DNA from: Clostridia bacterium
Lineage (GTDB): Bacteria > Bacillota > Clostridia > TANB77 > CAG-465
Direction: 5' to 3'
DNA: 64,000 bases
Assembly: GCA_045651205.1 (NCBI GenBank)
Contig: JAZRSA010000020.1
Span: forward strand, 8,214 to 72,213
Shown: positions 60,911 to 64,000 of the stretch, piece after piece
How positions within the stretch are numbered: position 1 is the first letter of the stretch
Layout: each line of letters begins with the position of its first letter
Program-made: the position numbers and the translations under genes
Notes under the pieces: model-generated
What the model was told of the DNA's origin: nothing
Database searches by the model: none
Seen by the model: only the letters and a program-made list of their open reading frames with translations

Positions 60911-60941
60911 AACCCCTCTAGTATCTACTAGAGGGGTTTTC
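60911..60941 (+). terminator. Terminator of paralog B
   Basis: AACCCCTCTAGTA-TC-TACTAGAGGGGTT followed by TTC. Confidence 0.9.
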
Positions 60942-60957
60942 TTGTACAGCCGTCAAT

Positions 60958-60986
60958 TTGACTTTTATGTATACTTATGGTATAAT
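60958..60986 (+). promoter_or_regulatory. Promoter of paralog C
   Basis: TTGACT, 17-nt spacer, TGgTATAAT (-10 at 60981..60986). A 5'UTR hairpin CAAGCTA-GAA-TTAGCTTG lies at 61012..61029, followed by TTTATATATA. Confidence 0.65.
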
Positions 60987-61073
60987 AATTAGTATATTAA
61001 TCCCTTTTTCTCAAGCTAGAATTAGCTTGTTTATATATACAAAAAATAATTTTTTTTAAAGGAGGATTTCACA

Positions 61074-62129
61074 ATGATGAAATTCAAAAAGGACGTAGCC
61101 CTCGCATTAGCAACTGTAGCAGGAGCACTTGTTGCTCTCTTTGCTCTCTTCGTATCCATCCCTGTATGGTTCGAAGCCGTAATCATCACCCTCACTGTAG
61201 TTGGTGGTATCATGACTGTATCTGAAATCGTAAAAGCTCGTAGAGCTTCTTATGATGAGGAAACTGAGACGTATACCTACAAATTCCCTGTTCGGGTCTT
61301 TGTTTTTGGTGTAATCATCCTCATTGCAGTCGCAGCAATTATCCTTCTTTGCCTTAAGGCTTTGTTTGGATTTGCTTTGATTCCTCTCGCAGCACTTCTT
61401 GCAACCCTTTTTGTTGTTGCATATCTCAAGAAATTGAGAGTTATGAAGTGGATCGTTGGTGTACTTTTTGCACTTCTTGTAGTTGCTTTGATTAGCTACT
61501 TCGCTGCAGTACTTGTTAACTCTAATGTTAACCTCAACCCTGGTATGTCTACAACGACTACTGAAACTACTACTCCCGAAACTGAAACCGAAGGTTCTGA
61601 GACCGTGGTTCCTGAAAAAGAGACTGATGTTCCTGAGACTGATGACTCTGAAACCGAAACTCCCGAGACTGAAGGTTCTGAAACTGATGGTTCCAAAACC
61701 GAAACTCCTGAGACTGAAGGTTCTGAACCCACTGTTCCCGATACCGAAGTTAAGAATCCTGTAGTAGAAGATGAGAAAGAAGATAACACAACCAAAAACC
61801 CTGTTGAGGAAGTTGAAAAGCCTGAGGAAACTCAGCCCACCACTCCCGAAACCGAGTTTACTCCTGTAGTAATTAAGATTGACGCACCTAAGACAATGTC
61901 TTATGCAGAGCCCATTACCATCAAGCTTGAAGGTATTAAAGCTCAGGATCTTAAGTTTGGAAATGAAGATTTCCTTTCTATCGTTATCATTTCTGATAGC
62001 GAGGTTGAAGTTACCTTGGTAGGCATCGTAAATGATGCTGGTGAGGTAGAGTTTACTCCTGGTTCTGGTTACATCACTGTAACTGATTCCGTAAGCGGAG
62101 TTCACACCACAATCGAGATTGTAGGCTAA
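61074..62129 (+). CDS. Paralog C: same membrane domain, Thr/Glu/Ser-rich repeat linker, one C-terminal module
   Basis: 351 aa. The N-terminal domain is almost co-linear with B. The linker contains TETPETEGSE twice at 15-codon spacing (about 61653..61727). The C-terminal module is closest to module 2 of B. The start could instead be the second ATG at 61077. Confidence 0.85.
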   Translation: MMKFKKDVALALATVAGALVALFALFVSIPVWFEAVIITLTVVGGIMTVSEIVKARRASYDEETETYTYKFPVRVFVFGVIILIAVAAIILLCLKALFGFALIPLAALLATLFVVAYLKKLRVMKWIVGVLFALLVVALISYFAAVLVNSNVNLNPGMSTTTTETTTPETETEGSETVVPEKETDVPETDDSETETPETEGSETDGSKTETPETEGSEPTVPDTEVKNPVVEDEKEDNTTKNPVEEVEKPEETQPTTPETEFTPVVIKIDAPKTMSYAEPITIKLEGIKAQDLKFGNEDFLSIVIISDSEVEVTLVGIVNDAGEVEFTPGSGYITVTDSVSGVHTTIEIVG

Positions 62130-62138
62130 TTATCCTAG

Positions 62139-62169
62139 ACACCTCCAACATTTGTTGGAGGTGTTTTTC
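62139..62169 (+). terminator. Terminator of paralog C
   Basis: ACACCTCCAACA-TTT-GTTGGAGGTGT followed by TTTTC. Confidence 0.9.
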
Positions 62170-62209
62170 TATGCTTTTTCAACAATATTTTCATAAACTA
62201 ATTATTCTT

Positions 62210-62226
62210 TTCGACAAACATCGACA
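62210..62226. promoter_or_regulatory. Two tandem Spo0A-box-like sites upstream of spoIIAA
   Basis: TTCGACA (62210..62216) and ATCGACA (62220..62226), 10 bp apart. TTCGACA is the reverse complement of the 0A-box core TGTCGAA. Confidence 0.45.
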
Positions 62227-62261
62227 GGTAAAATTGTTATACTTATTGCGAGGTGTGAATA

Positions 62262-62561
62262 ATGAAATATACATATGATGAAATTAGAAACAAATTGAAG
62301 ATAATATTAGATGAAGAAATAGATGTTAACTCGTGTAAAACATTAAGAACAATAATTGATGGATATATAATGAGATATAGTCCAAAGGTATGTGAATTGG
62401 ATTTAGAGAAAGTGTCTTTCATGGATAGCTCAGGTATTGGTTTTATAACGGGAAGACAAAATCTTGCAAAGTTGTTAGATTGTAAATTTGTATTAAGCAA
62501 TGCGAATTCAAATATAAAAAGAATGATGCAAATATACGAAAAGGCGAAAGGAAGTGTATGA
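62262..62561 (+). CDS. spoIIAA: Anti-sigma-F factor antagonist (STAS domain) SpoIIAA
   Basis: 99 aa with the phosphorylatable-serine context FMDSSGIG. Confidence 0.8.
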   Translation: MKYTYDEIRNKLKIILDEEIDVNSCKTLRTIIDGYIMRYSPKVCELDLEKVSFMDSSGIGFITGRQNLAKLLDCKFVLSNANSNIKRMMQIYEKAKGSV

Positions 62562-63006
62562 TGTGCTGAATGAGTTGTATATTAAGATAAAAGCTAAAAT
62601 GGAAAATATATCTTTGATTAGAGTTGCAGCAGCATCATTTTTAAGTAATACAAATATAACATTAGATGAATTACAAGATATAAAAACTGCGGTGTCTGAA
62701 GCTGTTACAAATTCTGTAGAACATGGTTATGAAAATGATGAAACGAAAGACATTGAGGTTGCGATGAAACTCGCTGAAATTGATCAGATGATATATTATT
62801 GGGTTAATGTTATAGATAAAGGTGTAGGTATAGAAGATATAGAACTTGCAACTACTCCAACGTATACTAATAAACCAGAATTAGAACATGCAGGTATGGG
62901 ATTTACCATAATGGAAACTTTTATGGACGAGGTGCAAATAGATTCTGATGTAGGCGAAGGAACGAGTATAACAATGACTAAGAAACTAAAAACAATAAAA
63001 TCGTAG
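62554..63006 (+). CDS. spoIIAB: Anti-sigma F factor / serine kinase SpoIIAB
   Basis: GTG start overlapping spoIIAA. [21 protein letters not shown] ... [27 protein letters not shown] closely parallels B. subtilis SpoIIAB (EIKTVVSEAVTNAIIHGY ... [21 protein letters not shown]). Confidence 0.85.
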   Translation: [150 protein letters not shown]

Positions 63007-63016
63007 GAGGAGTAAA

Positions 63017-63262
63017 ATGGAATGTGTGTATGAAAGATATATAAAAGACTTTAGATGCAAATACTATATATTAAAAGCAACTAAGGGTTATGTTGGAATT
63101 AAGATAGAGAAGGTAAATATGAACGGTATTGTGTTAGACGAATGTACTGTGGAAAATGTGGACAAAGATGAAGGAAAAGTAAGAGATTTATTAAATAGAA
63201 TAAGTAAAGGCAAAGTAACTCCTATTACTCTAAAAGATGTAATAGCAGACTGTCGTGTATAA
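63017..63262 (+). CDS. Hypothetical 81-aa protein occupying the position where sigF is expected
   Basis: GGAGGAG RBS. No sigma-70 region motifs. Followed by a large-loop hairpin with a T-run (63271..63318). Confidence 0.55.
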   Translation: MECVYERYIKDFRCKYYILKATKGYVGIKIEKVNMNGIVLDECTVENVDKDEGKVRDLLNRISKGKVTPITLKDVIADCRV

Positions 63263-63329
63263 TATTGCAAAAGAACTCGTAAAATGGTAAAATATATACT
63301 ATGTACGAGTTCTTTTTTAGGAGGTAACT

Positions 63330-64000
63330 TTGCAATACGAAATATTAGAAGATGAATTTGTTGGAATTAGGATAGACAAATATTTAAACGAGATAAATGA
63401 AGATTATACAAGATCTTTTGTTCAGAAAATGATAGAAGAAGGTAATATAACTGTTAATGGTAAAGAGGTTAAAGCATCATATAAATTAAAAAAGAATGAT
63501 GTTATAGATGTAGAAGAAATAGAAAATACAGAATTAGCAGTAGAGGCAGAAGATATTCCTTTAGATATTGTTTATGAAGATGAGGATTTAATAATAGTAA
63601 ATAAAGCTAAGGGGATGGTAGTGCATCCTGGTAATGGAAATTACACAGGAACTTTAGTAAATGCACTATTATTTACACATAAAGATAGACTGTCTGCTAT
63701 AAATGGTGTTGTAAGGCCCGGAATTGTCCATAGAATCGATAAAGATACTAGCGGTATAATTGTAGTAGCTAAAAACGACAAAGCCCACAAAACGCTTTCT
63801 AGCGCGTTTAAAGTGCATAATATAACAAGGAAATATATAGCCGTTGTAAAAGGTATAGTAGAGAAAGATAATATTAAGATAGATCTCCCTATTGGTAGAA
63901 GTACTTCAGATAGAATAAAGATGGCAGTAACTGAGAAAAATTCAAGGGAAGCCATTACACATATTAAAGTATTAAAAAGATTTTATGAATCAGGATATAC
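63330..64000 (+). CDS. rluD: RluA-family 23S rRNA pseudouridine synthase (RluD-like), 3'-truncated by the window edge
   Basis: Not in the ORF track because it has no stop in the window. TTG at 63330 after AGGAGGT. N-terminal S4 domain (IRIDKYL...) and catalytic motif GIVHRIDKDTSGIIVVAK. Confidence 0.85.
   Translation, partial: MQYEILEDEFVGIRIDKYLNEINEDYTRSFVQKMIEEGNITVNGKEVKASYKLKKNDVIDVEEIENTELAVEAEDIPLDIVYEDEDLIIVNKAKGMVVHPGNGNYTGTLVNALLFTHKDRLSAINGVVRPGIVHRIDKDTSGIIVVAKNDKAHKTLSSAFKVHNITRKYIAVVKGIVEKDNIKIDLPIGRSTSDRIKMAVTEKNSREAITHIKVLKRFYESGY

Noticed and set aside
58108-62105. Long minus-strand ORFs antisense to the three paralogs (58108..58554, 58681..58935, 60369..60902, and 61107..62105 at 332 aa), plus plus-strand alternative-frame ORFs (59623..59844, 61513..61764).
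   Set aside because: They have no RBS or promoter. Their low-complexity, Arg/Ser/Phe-rich composition is typical of the reverse frames of acidic repeat genes. The sense genes have strong signals and paralog conservation.

Overview
This is an AT-rich chromosomal window from an endospore-forming, low-GC Firmicute that looks Clostridia-like. The markers are PolC, an alpha/beta-type SASP, SpoIIAA/SpoIIAB and FapR-PlsX-AcpP-Rnc. I found no rRNA, tRNA, CRISPR array, transposase or integrase.

Most of the window is housekeeping core:
- SRP RNA, dnaX, ybaB, recR
- a MurD-type ligase preceded by a PP-loop protein (possible MurL/MurD2 pair)
- an OmpR/HisKA two-component pair, tatD, and an orphan gyrA
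- a VanW / transglutaminase-like / MurE / CPBP cell-envelope stretch, then typA
- the str operon rpsL-rpsG-fusA-tuf
- fapR-plsX-acpP-rnc, rarA, cvpA, and an LCP protein
- rpsB-tsf ... frr-cdsA-rseP-polC, hpf, a CaCA antiporter and an SASP gene

Small, visibly GC-richer single-gene insertions interrupt this backbone. Each has its own sigma-A-like promoter and hairpin terminator.

The 3' quarter is a surface-protein locus. It holds a 1543-aa protein with ten tandem Ig-like modules and SLH-like C-terminal repeats. After it come three tandem paralogous genes (297, 603 and 351 aa) in a GC-richer island. Each encodes a conserved polytopic membrane domain, a low-complexity linker, and one or three copies of an ~85-aa module I do not recognise. 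Each also has a near-identical promoter and 5'UTR hairpin. I consider this triplet the best candidate for an undescribed system.

Other points worth a second look:
- a 20-codon ORF carrying an (AC)9 microsatellite, followed by two terminators, upstream of a pilin-like GLUG-repeat protein
- a spoIIAA-spoIIAB operon with no sigF

All calls come from reading the sequence and remembering family motifs. No searches were run.
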